Source: an uncultured Planctomycetales bacterium (GTDB lineage Bacteria; Planctomycetota; Phycisphaerae; SM23-33). Taken from it: a DNA stretch of 63,912 nucleotides. Below the pieces are notes generated by a model, which was not told the DNA's origin, did not search any database, and saw nothing but the letters and a program-made list of their open reading frames with translations. The position numbers and the translations under genes were made by a program. Of this stretch, positions 53,527 to 62,861 are shown one piece after another (the stretch's first letter is position 1; each line of letters opens with the position of its first letter). Where the stretch lies: positions 1-63,912 of the forward strand of contig CBFCZU010000002.1 in assembly GCA_965602635.1 (NCBI GenBank), in the 5' to 3' direction.

Positions 53527-54108
53527 ATGCTCAAAGGCATAAGACTGATCGGATCGCTGGCTTTCGTGCTGGGGTTCTTTGCCCTCATCTTCGTGGCCCT
53601 GCCCTGGTACGTCACCATCGTTGATGACTCCACGGTGGGCGGGCCGCTGCCGCCGTGGGTGAAGGCGGCAGTGTACGCCCTGCTGGGCGGCATCGTCGTA
53701 GTGCTGGTGACGGTGGCCCTCGAGCAGGCCCGCCTCAGGCCCAAGGCAGCCGCGCCGGCGCCGGAGGCCCTGCCCGAAGGCATCCTGATGGAGAACACCG
53801 ACCGGGTGCCCGGGCGCGAGGTAACCGAGGCCCTGGGACTGGTCAAGGGCCACACCATCTATGCCATCTGGCTGGGCAGGGACATCTCCGCGCTGGTCAG
53901 GCTGATCCTCGGCGGCGAGCTGACCGAGTACACCGAGATGATGGGCAAGGCGCGGGAGATGGCGCTGGGGCGAATGGCGCGGGAGGCCGCCGACCTCGGG
54001 GCCGACGCCATCCTCAACGTCCGATTCATGACGACCAGCGTGATCGGCAGCGCCGCCGAGCTGCTTGCCTACGGCACGGCCGTCAAGCTCGCACCCTCGT
54101 CAACTTGA
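53527..54108 (+). CDS. YbjQ/UPF0145 domain protein with an N-terminal two-helix membrane anchor
   Basis: The C-terminal ~105 aa, GREVTEALGLVKGHTIYAIWLGRD...GGELTEYTEMMGKAREMALGRMAREAADLGADAILNVRF...AYGTAVKL, matches UPF0145. The N-terminus has two hydrophobic helices. Confidence 0.78.
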   Translation: MLKGIRLIGSLAFVLGFFALIFVALPWYVTIVDDSTVGGPLPPWVKAAVYALLGGIVVVLVTVALEQARLRPKAAAPAPEALPEGILMENTDRVPGREVTEALGLVKGHTIYAIWLGRDISALVRLILGGELTEYTEMMGKAREMALGRMAREAADLGADAILNVRFMTTSVIGSAAELLAYGTAVKLAPSST

Positions 54109-54270
54109 GGCGCCGCAGCCAAGGACGAGGAGGCCGAGACGATCAAGTGAGCGCCCGGGCCCGCACCGAGGCGCCTATACGGATGACTGCCGGGGTAAAC
54201 GCGGGCGCGCTGCTTGCCACTCACCTCGCCACCCGGTAGGATGCGGGCGGTTTGCTTTGGGGATCGCTCC

Positions 54271-55806
54271 ATGATCTCACGCGTGCACAGTTCGATTCTT
54301 CAGGGCATCGACGCGGTCGCCGGCGAGGTCGAGGCCGACGTCGCCCGCGGCGGGCTGGGTGAGCTGAAGCTGGTGGGCCTGGCCGAGACGGCCGTCAAGG
54401 AGTCCGTCTCGCGCATCCAGGCCGCCCTGCGGAACAGCGGCTACCGCTGGCCCGGGCCGAAGGTGACCATCAACCTGGCCCCCGCCGACGTGAAGAAGGA
54501 GTCGGCCGCGTTCGACCTGCCGATCGCCGTGGCCGTAATGCTTGCCGGCGGCATGTTCGCCAGCGAGAAGGCCGACGACTTCCTGCTGGTCGGCGAGCTT
54601 GCCCTCGACGGGCGTGTCCGCGCGGTCAAGGGCGCCCTGGCGACGGCCATGCTGGCGCGGAATCTCGGGCGGCGCGGCGTGATCGTGCCGGCCGACAACG
54701 CAGCCGAGGCCGCCGTCGTCGAGGGCCTGGAGGTAATCCCGGTCAGCTTCCTGACCGAGGCGGTCGGCTTCCTCACCGACGAGCTGCCCATAGACGCGGC
54801 CCAGGTCGATCTCGACGAGGTCTTCGCGGTCGCCAGCCGCTACGAGGGCGACTTCGCCGACGTCCGCGGGCAGGAGTCGGCCAAGCGCGCGCTGACCATC
54901 GCCGCCGCCGGCCATCACAATATCCTCATGATCGGGCCGCCGGGAGCGGGCAAGACGATGCTCGCCAAGCGCATCCCGACCATCATGCCGCCGCTGACGC
55001 CGGACGAATCGCTGGAGACCACGCGCGTGTACTCGGCCCGGGGGCTGCTGGCGGCGGGCCAGTCGCTGATGGCCACCCGCCCGGTCCGAATGCCCCACCA
55101 CTCGACTTCGGCGGCCGCACTCATCGGCGGCGGCGTGATACCCCAGCCAGGCGAGGTGTCGCTGGCCCACCACGGCGTCCTCTTCCTCGACGAGCTGCCC
55201 GAGTTCGCCCGCCACACGCTGGAGATGATCCGCCAGCCGCTGGAGGACAGCACCGTCACCATCCCGCGCGTCCATTCGACGATGAAGTTCCCGGCGGCGA
55301 TCATGCTGGTGGCGGCGATGAACCCCTGCCCCTGCGGCTACTTCACCGACCCGAAGCGGCAGTGCAAGTGCGGCCCGCGCGCGATCGAGCGTTACCTGTC
55401 TCGGATTTCCGGCCCGCTGATCGACCGGATCGACATTCACGTCGAGGTGCCGCCTGTGCCGTGGCGTCAGCTCCGCGGCGAGGGCGACGGGTTGGACTCG
55501 GACGCCATGCGGCGGCAGGTGGTCGCGGCCAGGGGCGTGCAGCGCCGCCGCTTCGGCACCGGCCGAGGGGCGACGACCACCAACGCCACCATGTCGTCGC
55601 AGCAGATACGGAAGTCCTGCAAGCTCGACCAGCCCGGCGAGATGGTGCTCAAGCAGGCCATGACCGAGCTGGGCCTATCGGCCAGGGCACACGACAAGGT
55701 CCTCCGCATCGCCCGCACCATCGCCGACATGGAAGGCGAGGAGGCCGTCGCCCCCCACCACGTCGCCGAGGCCGTGCAGTATCGGAGGCTGGACAGAAGA
55801 CTTTAA
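54271..55806 (+). CDS. YifB/ComM family Mg-chelatase-like AAA+ ATPase
   Basis: MISRVHSSILQGIDA..., Walker A IGPPGAGKTMLA, GVLFLDELPEF and the Cys cluster NPCPCGYFTDPKRQCKC. Confidence 0.93.
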   Translation: MISRVHSSILQGIDAVAGEVEADVARGGLGELKLVGLAETAVKESVSRIQAALRNSGYRWPGPKVTINLAPADVKKESAAFDLPIAVAVMLAGGMFASEKADDFLLVGELALDGRVRAVKGALATAMLARNLGRRGVIVPADNAAEAAVVEGLEVIPVSFLTEAVGFLTDELPIDAAQVDLDEVFAVASRYEGDFADVRGQESAKRALTIAAAGHHNILMIGPPGAGKTMLAKRIPTIMPPLTPDESLETTRVYSARGLLAAGQSLMATRPVRMPHHSTSAAALIGGGVIPQPGEVSLAHHGVLFLDELPEFARHTLEMIRQPLEDSTVTIPRVHSTMKFPAAIMLVAAMNPCPCGYFTDPKRQCKCGPRAIERYLSRISGPLIDRIDIHVEVPPVPWRQLRGEGDGLDSDAMRRQVVAARGVQRRRFGTGRGATTTNATMSSQQIRKSCKLDQPGEMVLKQAMTELGLSARAHDKVLRIARTIADMEGEEAVAPHHVAEAVQYRRLDRRL

Positions 55807-55849
55807 CGGAGCAAGGCACGCCCGGTAACCGCTAAGCGAGGACGTGAAC

Positions 55850-56935
55850 ATGCCTGGAGTGACCGTACACGACAAGGCCGCGGCGTACGAGGGCTACACG
55901 CTGTTCTGCCAGACGCATCGGGAGGAGAGCGGGCCCGACCGGCCCATCTACCTTATCGACATGGCCGGCGAAATCGCCCACGAGTGGCGCGTCGAGACGA
56001 CAGTGCAGTCGTACTGCCACCTCCTGCCGGACGGAAACCTGATGCACCCGACGCACGACCGCTCAGAAGTCGCCCGCGGCCCGTTCGGCATCTACGAGCT
56101 GGACCCCCGCAGTAACGTGGTGTGGTCCATCCGCTGCCGCACGGACCACGACTTCCAGGTGCTCGACAGCGGCAACCTGCTGATCCACAACATCACCGAG
56201 GGCTTCTGCCCGGCCCTGGGGCCGGGGATGAAGCGCCACCCCTACATGGTCGAGGTGACTCGCGACAAGCAGCTCGTCTGGGAGTGGCGCGGCGAGCAGC
56301 ACCTCGGCGAGCTGGAGGCGCTGCTGTCGCCCGAGGCGTGGGCCCACGTGATGGACCGAGCGGCCGGCCAGTTCGCCTTCGACTGGGCGCACAACAACAC
56401 GCTCCAGGTCATCGGCCCCAACGCCACGTACGACAACGAGCTGGCCTCCGGCGGGCAGGCGAAATTCGCACCCGGCAACATCGTCTTCTCCTATCGCAGC
56501 AACGACGTCATCGGCGTGATCGAGAGGCCGTCGGGCCAGATCGTCTGGGCGTGGGGGCCGGGGGTCATCGACGGCCAGCACAAGCCGCACATGCTCGCCA
56601 ACGGCAACATCCTGATCTTCGACAACGGGACGCTCCGCGGCTGGTCGCGGGTCATCGAGCTGAACCCGCTGACCGAGCGGATCGAGTGGGAGTACACCGC
56701 CGCGCCGAAGGAGTCTTTCCTGAGCCGGTACATCTCGGCCGCCCAGCGCTTGCCCAACGGCAACACGCTGATCTGCGAAGGGGCCAAGAGCCACTTGTTC
56801 GAGGTGGCGCCCGACGGGCAGATCGTCTGGGACTTCGTGAATCCTTACGTCAAGGAGGGCACGCCGAATAACATCTACCGCTGCACGCGGTACTCGCCGC
56901 AGTACGTCCGCCCCCTGCTGGAGCGGGCGCGGTAA
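55850..56935 (+). CDS. arylsulfotransferase (ASST)-like beta-propeller protein
   Basis: Repeated G-x-I/V-V-W-x-W type blades (NVVWSI, QLVWEW, QIVWAW, RIEWEY, QIVWDF) and NGNILIFDNGT / NGNTLICEG. GAGGA lies 7 nt upstream of the ATG at 55850. Confidence 0.6.
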   Translation: MPGVTVHDKAAAYEGYTLFCQTHREESGPDRPIYLIDMAGEIAHEWRVETTVQSYCHLLPDGNLMHPTHDRSEVARGPFGIYELDPRSNVVWSIRCRTDHDFQVLDSGNLLIHNITEGFCPALGPGMKRHPYMVEVTRDKQLVWEWRGEQHLGELEALLSPEAWAHVMDRAAGQFAFDWAHNNTLQVIGPNATYDNELASGGQAKFAPGNIVFSYRSNDVIGVIERPSGQIVWAWGPGVIDGQHKPHMLANGNILIFDNGTLRGWSRVIELNPLTERIEWEYTAAPKESFLSRYISAAQRLPNGNTLICEGAKSHLFEVAPDGQIVWDFVNPYVKEGTPNNIYRCTRYSPQYVRPLLERAR

Positions 56936-56953
56936 GCCGTGCCTGGGTGCCGA

Positions 56954-57433
56954 ATGAGCGACTCGACCGAAAGAGAAATGGAGGCCCCCCCGCCCCCGAG
57001 GCCGGACGGGCCCTATTGGGAGGATCCCGTCTATCGTCACGTCTCGCGCCGGCATCGCGCGGCCACGTCCGACGGGTGCGACGCCGAGGCCGCACGCCTT
57101 GACGCGCTCATGCAGCAGCTCGTAAACGCCTCCATGCCCGACGACCTCTACTGGCAGCTTGACGCGGAAGCGAGGGCGGAGCGCAAGAGGCAGCGGCGAG
57201 AGCGCAAACGCCAGTCGAAACCGCCGCCGACGCATGAGGCTGTGGCCCAGCGATCGGCCGGGGTCAACGTCGCCGACTTGAAGAAGCGGATCTTCAACCC
57301 CCGCGTCTCGCGCGAGAACGTCATCAAAGCCCTGGAGTCGCTGCCGCCGGCCGAGAGAAAGGCGACCATCGCCTCCCTGCCTCCGGGCCTGAGAAGGAAG
57401 CTGGGCGGCTACCTCAAAGGCCGAGGGCACTGA
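56954..57433 (+). CDS. hypothetical basic protein
   Basis: 159-aa ORF in the local gene orientation with a Lys/Arg-rich centre (AERKRQRRERKRQSK). No family recognised. Coding status uncertain. Confidence 0.35.
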   Translation: MSDSTEREMEAPPPPRPDGPYWEDPVYRHVSRRHRAATSDGCDAEAARLDALMQQLVNASMPDDLYWQLDAEARAERKRQRRERKRQSKPPPTHEAVAQRSAGVNVADLKKRIFNPRVSRENVIKALESLPPAERKATIASLPPGLRRKLGGYLKGRGH

Positions 57434-57529
57434 CCGCGCGCGGTGCCGGCATGGACTTTCTCTTGCGTGAGGCCGCAGCCGCCGGCAACATGCCCGGCGG
57501 CCATCGTTTGACGGTTGCAGGATCGCCCC

Positions 57530-58807
57530 ATGCCCGACAGAGAGCAGATCGCCGACGTCGTCGGCCACGCGGAGTCGTACCTGACCGACACGCTGCTGCC
57601 CTTCTGGCTCGACCGGTCGCCCGACCGGGAGATGGGCGGCTTCCTGACCTACTTCGACCGCGACGGGCGGGCCACCGGCGAGACGGTCAAGACCTTCCTC
57701 ATGCAGATCCGCATGCTCTACACGATGGCCAGCGCCCACCGGGCCGGCTATGGCGGCGGGCGGTGCGCCGAGCTGGCCGAAATGGGGGCCGGGTTCATCC
57801 TCGACCACTATTGGGACGAGGCCAACGAAGGCTGGATCTGGATCGCCGACCGGTCGGGTGCGCCCGTCCACACCGGCAAGATCGGCTACGGTCAGTGCTT
57901 CGCGATCTACGCCTTCAGCGAGTACTTCCTTGCCACCGGCGACCCCCGCGGCCGGGCGGCGGCGGAGCGAACCTATGCCGCCGTCATGAGCCGGATGGCC
58001 GATGCCGCACGAGGCGGGTACTACGAGATAATGCTGCCCGACTGGCGTCCGGAGGCCCCCGGCCGGCGCGGCGGCGACCGCAAGAGCATGGACGTCCACA
58101 TGCACATGATGGAGGCCCTGACCACCCTCTACGAGATGACCGGCGAGGAGGCCCACCGGGCGAGGCTGCTCGAGACGATCGATCTGATCGTCGCCAGGAT
58201 GCTGCACCCGGCCCACGGCACGGGGTACATACAGTTCTCGCTGGACTTCGAGCCGCTGGCGGCGATCCTGTTCGAGGTCGAGTGGGGCCGCGACGCCGAG
58301 CCGGCCGACGGGCTCGCCCGCCCGCTGAACTGCACCTCCTACGGGCACAACGTCGAGTTCGCCTGGCTGCTGCTGCACGCCGCCGACGTGCTGGGCCGGC
58401 CGCGGACCGACTACGCCGGCGTCGCCCGGCCGATCTTCGACCACTGCCTCCGCTACGGCATCGACCGCGACTGCGGCGGCGTCTTCGTCGAGGGCCCCCA
58501 CGACGCGCCCCCGACCGTCACCGAAAAACAGTTCTGGCAGCAGGCCGAGGTGCTGATCGGCATGCTCGACGCGCTGGCCCTCTTCGGCGACGAGAAATAC
58601 TGGGAGGCGTTCGAGAACGTCCGCGGCTTCGTCTTCGAGAAGTTCGTCAACCTCGCCGGCGGCGGGGAATGGTACGAGAGGCTCGACCGCGCCGGCCGGC
58701 CCATCGACGACGCCCTCGGCCACGCGTGGAAGATCAGCTATCACACCGTCCGGTCCATGATCCAGAGCGTCGCGCGGCTGAGGTTGCTGTGCGGTGACGA
58801 GCAGTGA
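57530..58807 (+). CDS. N-acylglucosamine 2-epimerase (AGE) family protein
   Basis: LLPFWLDRSPDREMGGFLTYFDRDG, KTFLMQIRMLYTMASA, GYGQCFAIYAFSEY and GHNVEFAWLL suggest an (alpha/alpha)6 AGE/cellobiose-2-epimerase fold. Confidence 0.83.
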   Translation: MPDREQIADVVGHAESYLTDTLLPFWLDRSPDREMGGFLTYFDRDGRATGETVKTFLMQIRMLYTMASAHRAGYGGGRCAELAEMGAGFILDHYWDEANEGWIWIADRSGAPVHTGKIGYGQCFAIYAFSEYFLATGDPRGRAAAERTYAAVMSRMADAARGGYYEIMLPDWRPEAPGRRGGDRKSMDVHMHMMEALTTLYEMTGEEAHRARLLETIDLIVARMLHPAHGTGYIQFSLDFEPLAAILFEVEWGRDAEPADGLARPLNCTSYGHNVEFAWLLLHAADVLGRPRTDYAGVARPIFDHCLRYGIDRDCGGVFVEGPHDAPPTVTEKQFWQQAEVLIGMLDALALFGDEKYWEAFENVRGFVFEKFVNLAGGGEWYERLDRAGRPIDDALGHAWKISYHTVRSMIQSVARLRLLCGDEQ

Positions 58808-58842
58808 GCCGCGCGGGCACGGGGCTTCGAGGAACGGCAGCG

Positions 58843-59946
58843 ATGGACACGCAGGAGAGAGTCCTGACGGCGCTGCGGCGCGAGCAGCCGGACCGCGTCC
58901 CCGTCTTCATCTACCTCAACCCGTGGGTCCGGTCGTGGTACTCGGACGATCCCTCCTACGCCGAGCTGCTGAAAGCGTGCGAGAGTCACGCCGACGTGAT
59001 CTACGACTGGTACTTCCCGATGGGCATGTTCTGCTCGGCGGCCGAGCTTCCGGAGGAATCCCGCGAGCTGCCCGACGGCAAGGTGGAGCGGACAGTGCGA
59101 ACGCCGGACGGGCCGATAAGCTGCCTGACGGCGCCCGACTGGCGCGGCGGAGGCCTGGTCAAGCGCTGGGTCTGCACTCCCGAGGACGCACGGCGGGTCC
59201 TGTCCATCCCATACGTGGCGCCCCGCCCCGACCTGGGCGAGTTCCTCGCCACCCGGTCGCGCCTGGCCGGGCGGGCGGTGGCGCAGTTGACCTTCCCCGA
59301 CCCGATCTGCATTCTCGGCGACATGGTCGAGCCCGAGGCGCTGGCGACGTGGACCATCGAGCAGCGCCCGCTGCTGCGCGAGATGCTCGACGCGGCGTTC
59401 GAGCGGATCCGCGACGCGCTGACCTACTGCCTCGAAGGCGGCGCCGGGCCGATCTACTATTTCAATGGCCCCGAGTACGCGCTGCCGCCGCTCATGTCGC
59501 CGTGCGACTTCGACGAGTTCGTGGTCGAGTACGACCGGCGACTGGTGAGCCTGGTTCACGGCTACCCGGACGCCTGCGTGATCATCCACTCGCACGGGCG
59601 GGTGAGCGGCTTCCTCGAACGCTTCGCCGCGATCGGCATGGACGGGCTCAACGTGCTGGAGCCGCCGCCGACGGGCGACACCGCGCTGGCCGACGCCAAA
59701 CGCCGCGTGGGAGACAGGTACTGCCTGATCGGGAACATCCAGTACGACGACATCGCCCGGAAGGACCGGCGGGAAGTGGAGCGCCTGGTCGTCGAGGCGA
59801 TCGGCCAGGGCGGACCGGGAGGCGGATTCATCCTTTCGCCGTGCGCCTCCCCCTACGAGACGCCCCTGCCGAAAAGGGCCGCCGACAATCTCGCCCACTA
59901 CCTGCGCATGGGGCGCCGCCACGGGACATACCCGCTTCGCGTGTAG
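58843..59946 (+). CDS. URO-D family protein
   Basis: MDTQERVLTALRREQPDRVPVF..., VIIHSHGRVSGFLERF and GFILSPCASP. GAGGAA upstream. Starts 35 nt after the AGE gene. Confidence 0.72.
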   Translation: MDTQERVLTALRREQPDRVPVFIYLNPWVRSWYSDDPSYAELLKACESHADVIYDWYFPMGMFCSAAELPEESRELPDGKVERTVRTPDGPISCLTAPDWRGGGLVKRWVCTPEDARRVLSIPYVAPRPDLGEFLATRSRLAGRAVAQLTFPDPICILGDMVEPEALATWTIEQRPLLREMLDAAFERIRDALTYCLEGGAGPIYYFNGPEYALPPLMSPCDFDEFVVEYDRRLVSLVHGYPDACVIIHSHGRVSGFLERFAAIGMDGLNVLEPPPTGDTALADAKRRVGDRYCLIGNIQYDDIARKDRREVERLVVEAIGQGGPGGGFILSPCASPYETPLPKRAADNLAHYLRMGRRHGTYPLRV

Positions 59947-59972
59947 CGCGGGGCGGCTGAGGGTCGAGCATT

Positions 59973-61058
59973 ATGGAGATCATCGAGCCGTTTCACGGAG
60001 CCGTCCTGAACCACAGGAATGGGCTGGCCGGGCAGGACTGTCTGACGATACCGGTGCGGGTCGCGGCCGGGGCCGACGACAACGTGCTCGTCAACGGCGC
60101 CGCCGCCAGGCGCGCCGGCGCGGAGTTTCAGGCCGAGGTGGCCCTGCGGGAGAAGGAGACGGACATCGTCGCCGTTGCCGATGGCCCGGGCGGTCGCCGG
60201 GAGCGGCGAGTCAGAGTGGTCTGGGACCGCCATTCCCGTCCGCGCTACCGCTTCGCCGTTGACGACAACATCTACTTCCTCCGCGACCTCGCCGCCCGCG
60301 GCTGCCGATCGCTATTCGACTGCCCTTACCTGGAGATGTTCCGCCGCTTCCACGAGACTTACGCTACGAAGTTCGTGCTGAACCTCTTCCACCGGACGCG
60401 CGAGGGCGACTTCGACCTCACGCGGTTCCCCGACCGCTACAGGGGCCAGTGGGCCGACAACGCTCACTGGCTGAAGCTGGCGTTTCACGCGTATCAGGAG
60501 TTTCCCGGCCGGCCATACCAGGACGCGGACCCGGCCAAGCTCCTCGCCGATCTGGACGAGGTGGCCGAGCAGGTCGTGCGCTTCGCCGGCGAGGAGGCGT
60601 ACTCCCCGACGACGGTCATCCACTTCGCCATGATCCGCCCCGAGGCCGTGAAACACCTGGCTCGCCGCGGCGTGAGGGCGCTGAGCACCCACCTGCACCG
60701 AACCGAGGGAGGCTGGGACATCAACTACCAGCTCGACGACGCCAGGTCGCGGTACCTGCTGGCCCACGACGCCCTGCGCGACTTCGAATCGGGCGTGACA
60801 TTCTCCAACATCGACGTGGTCTGCAACGAAACGCCCCCCGAGCAGGTGGCGCCCGTGCTGGAGCGGGTGGCGGCGGACGCGAACACGGCCGAGATCATCG
60901 ACCTGTTAACGCACGAGCAGTACTTCTGGCCGTTCTACCAGAATTACCTGCCCGACCACGCCGAGCGGGTGGAGGCGGCCATCCGCTGGGTGACGCAGCG
61001 CGGCTACGAGCCGGTGTTCTTCCACGAGGGACTGCTCGGCGGCCAGGAATGGGACTGA
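59973..61058 (+). CDS. hypothetical protein (361 aa)
   Basis: Clean ORF 26 nt after the preceding gene. No family recognised with confidence. Confidence 0.6.
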   Translation: MEIIEPFHGAVLNHRNGLAGQDCLTIPVRVAAGADDNVLVNGAAARRAGAEFQAEVALREKETDIVAVADGPGGRRERRVRVVWDRHSRPRYRFAVDDNIYFLRDLAARGCRSLFDCPYLEMFRRFHETYATKFVLNLFHRTREGDFDLTRFPDRYRGQWADNAHWLKLAFHAYQEFPGRPYQDADPAKLLADLDEVAEQVVRFAGEEAYSPTTVIHFAMIRPEAVKHLARRGVRALSTHLHRTEGGWDINYQLDDARSRYLLAHDALRDFESGVTFSNIDVVCNETPPEQVAPVLERVAADANTAEIIDLLTHEQYFWPFYQNYLPDHAERVEAAIRWVTQRGYEPVFFHEGLLGGQEWD

Positions 61059-61112
61059 GTGCCGCGGGCGGCGGGCGGGAGGTCATCCGGGAAATCCTGC
61101 ACGGATCTAGAC

Positions 61113-61141
61113 TTGACGAAAACCCCGTTCTGCGTTATTTT
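61113..61141 (+). promoter_or_regulatory. sigma-70-like promoter candidate (TTGACG, 17-nt spacer, TATTTT)
   Basis: About 50 nt upstream of the ATG at 61190, which has an AAGGAGG Shine-Dalgarno. Confidence 0.4.
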
Positions 61142-61189
61142 GTCAAGAGGGAGTTGGCTTCGTTCTTGCACAGATAAAGGAGGACGCTT

Positions 61190-62449
61190 ATGAACCGGTT
61201 GACGCTGGTCGCCGCCCTCGTGTTGTCGCTTGTGCTGGTTCCCGCTCTCTCAGAGGCCACCACCTGGGACGTCTCGACCTTCTCGGCCCTGCGCACCGCC
61301 ACGATGAACGCCAATCCCGGCGACCAGGTCGTCATCGCCCCGGGGCAGTACCACGTGACCAGCCCCCTGTACTGCACACGGGCCGGTGTCACCTTCCGCG
61401 GGGCCACCGGCAACCGCGACGACGTGGTGCTGCACGGCAACGGCATGAACGTGGAGAGCGGCCCGTTGGAGGGTTTCTGGACGGCCAACGACGGCATCCA
61501 GCTCCGGGACCTGACCATCCGGGGCTTCTACGACCACGGCATCCACGTCTCCAACAATCCCAGCGGCAACCTGGCCGACAACGTGGTCATCTCCAACGTC
61601 AAGATCCAGAACTGCGGCGAGCGCTACATCAAGGGCTCCGGCGGCGGCACCTCCAATAACGTGCTGATCGAGAACGTGCACTTCCTCCAGAATGAGACCT
61701 GGTTGCCGCACACTGGGCATGACCTCAACTACGTTGGCGGCATCGACGCCATGCACACCAGCAACTGGACCATCCGCGACTGCCGCTTCGAGGGCATCAT
61801 GGGCGCCGCCGGCGGGGCGCGCGGGGCCATCTTCCTCTGGCAGGGCTGCACCAACGCCCTCATCGAGCGGAACGTGATCGTCGACTGCGCCGAGGGCATC
61901 GACCTGGGCAACGGCTACAACCCCGACAGCATCTACCACGCCGAGGACGCCCTGGTCCGCAACAACTTCATCGGCTGGGGCGGCGGGGACAACCGGGCCG
62001 TGCAACTGGGCTTCACCCAGAACATCGAGTTCTATAACAACACGATCTATACCGACGCCAACTACAACCGCACCGTGCATATCTACGACAGCTCGACCGT
62101 GCCCAGCAGTAACGTGGTGCTCGAGAACAACCTCATCCGGGGCGGAATCATGGATACCTCCACGGGGGGTGCGATTCTGATCAACAACCTCACCGGCGCG
62201 ATCCCGCAGGCGAACTGGTTCGTCGACCCCCTGGCCAGCGACCTGCACCTGACGGCGCTGGCGACGGGGGCCATCGATCAGGGCTTGCCGCTGGCGAACG
62301 TGCCGGAGGACTATGACCGCCAGATCCGCCCATACGGCCTGGCTCCGGACATCGGGGCCGATGAACTCATCCCCGAACCGGCCACGCTGGCCCTGCTGGC
62401 CCTGGGCGGCGTGGCCCTCCTCTGCCGCAAGCGCGGCTACGGAGCGTAA
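61190..62449 (+). CDS. right-handed beta-helix (pectate-lyase-fold) protein with a PEP-CTERM anchor
   Basis: Signal peptide MNRLTLVAALVLSLVLVPALSEA. Repeated N-x-V/I-I-x-N turns (NVVISNVKIQN, NVLIENVHF, NALIERNVIVD, NVVLENNLIRG). C-terminal IPEPATLALLALGGVALLCRKRG. Confidence 0.8.
   Translation: MNRLTLVAALVLSLVLVPALSEATTWDVSTFSALRTATMNANPGDQVVIAPGQYHVTSPLYCTRAGVTFRGATGNRDDVVLHGNGMNVESGPLEGFWTANDGIQLRDLTIRGFYDHGIHVSNNPSGNLADNVVISNVKIQNCGERYIKGSGGGTSNNVLIENVHFLQNETWLPHTGHDLNYVGGIDAMHTSNWTIRDCRFEGIMGAAGGARGAIFLWQGCTNALIERNVIVDCAEGIDLGNGYNPDSIYHAEDALVRNNFIGWGGGDNRAVQLGFTQNIEFYNNTIYTDANYNRTVHIYDSSTVPSSNVVLENNLIRGGIMDTSTGGAILINNLTGAIPQANWFVDPLASDLHLTALATGAIDQGLPLANVPEDYDRQIRPYGLAPDIGADELIPEPATLALLALGGVALLCRKRGYGA
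61277..61370. repeat. 94-nt segment (codons 30-61 of the beta-helix gene), 90/94 identical to 62523-62616
   Basis: Hand alignment of accttctcggccctgcgcaccgccacgatgaacgccaatcccggcgaccaggtcgtcatcgcc... gave 4 mismatches. Confidence 0.85.
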
Positions 62450-62522
62450 ACGTTGATCCGGCGGAATCCATGGCCCTGGGCGAGACGCTCGCAATAGGTG
62501 TACAGACCGAGCGTGCCGGCTT

Positions 62523-62645
62523 ACCTTCTCGGCCCTGCGCAACGCCACGATGAACGCCAATCCCGGCGACCAGGTCGTCATCGCCGCGGGGCAGTACCAC
62601 GTGACCAGCAACCTGTCCCTCCCGAAAACCCCATCCGGCCAATAA
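62523..62645 (+). pseudogene. orphan fragment of a beta-helix/PEP-CTERM paralog (N-terminal mature region only)
   Basis: In-frame reading TFSALRNATMNANPGDQVVIAAGQYHVTSNLSLPKTPSGQ* . No start codon or signal peptide precedes it. Homology to the intact gene ends at 62616, and a TAA follows at 62643-62645. Confidence 0.7.
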
Positions 62646-62861
62646 GGCGTGCCCCGGCGGACTTGATAGCCCATCGGACGGCGCATGCGGCCCGCAGAGA
62701 CGGTGAAGGGACGGAAAGGCACAACGATCAACGGCCACATACCGCCAGCGTTTGCTTAGTCGGCGAGAGTTATTTCAGTTTCTCGCGCGCCTTCTGTTGA
62801 GGTGACGCGACTATATGCTGGAAGCTGATCAGCATCCGATCGAAACGCAACCGCCTTGAGC

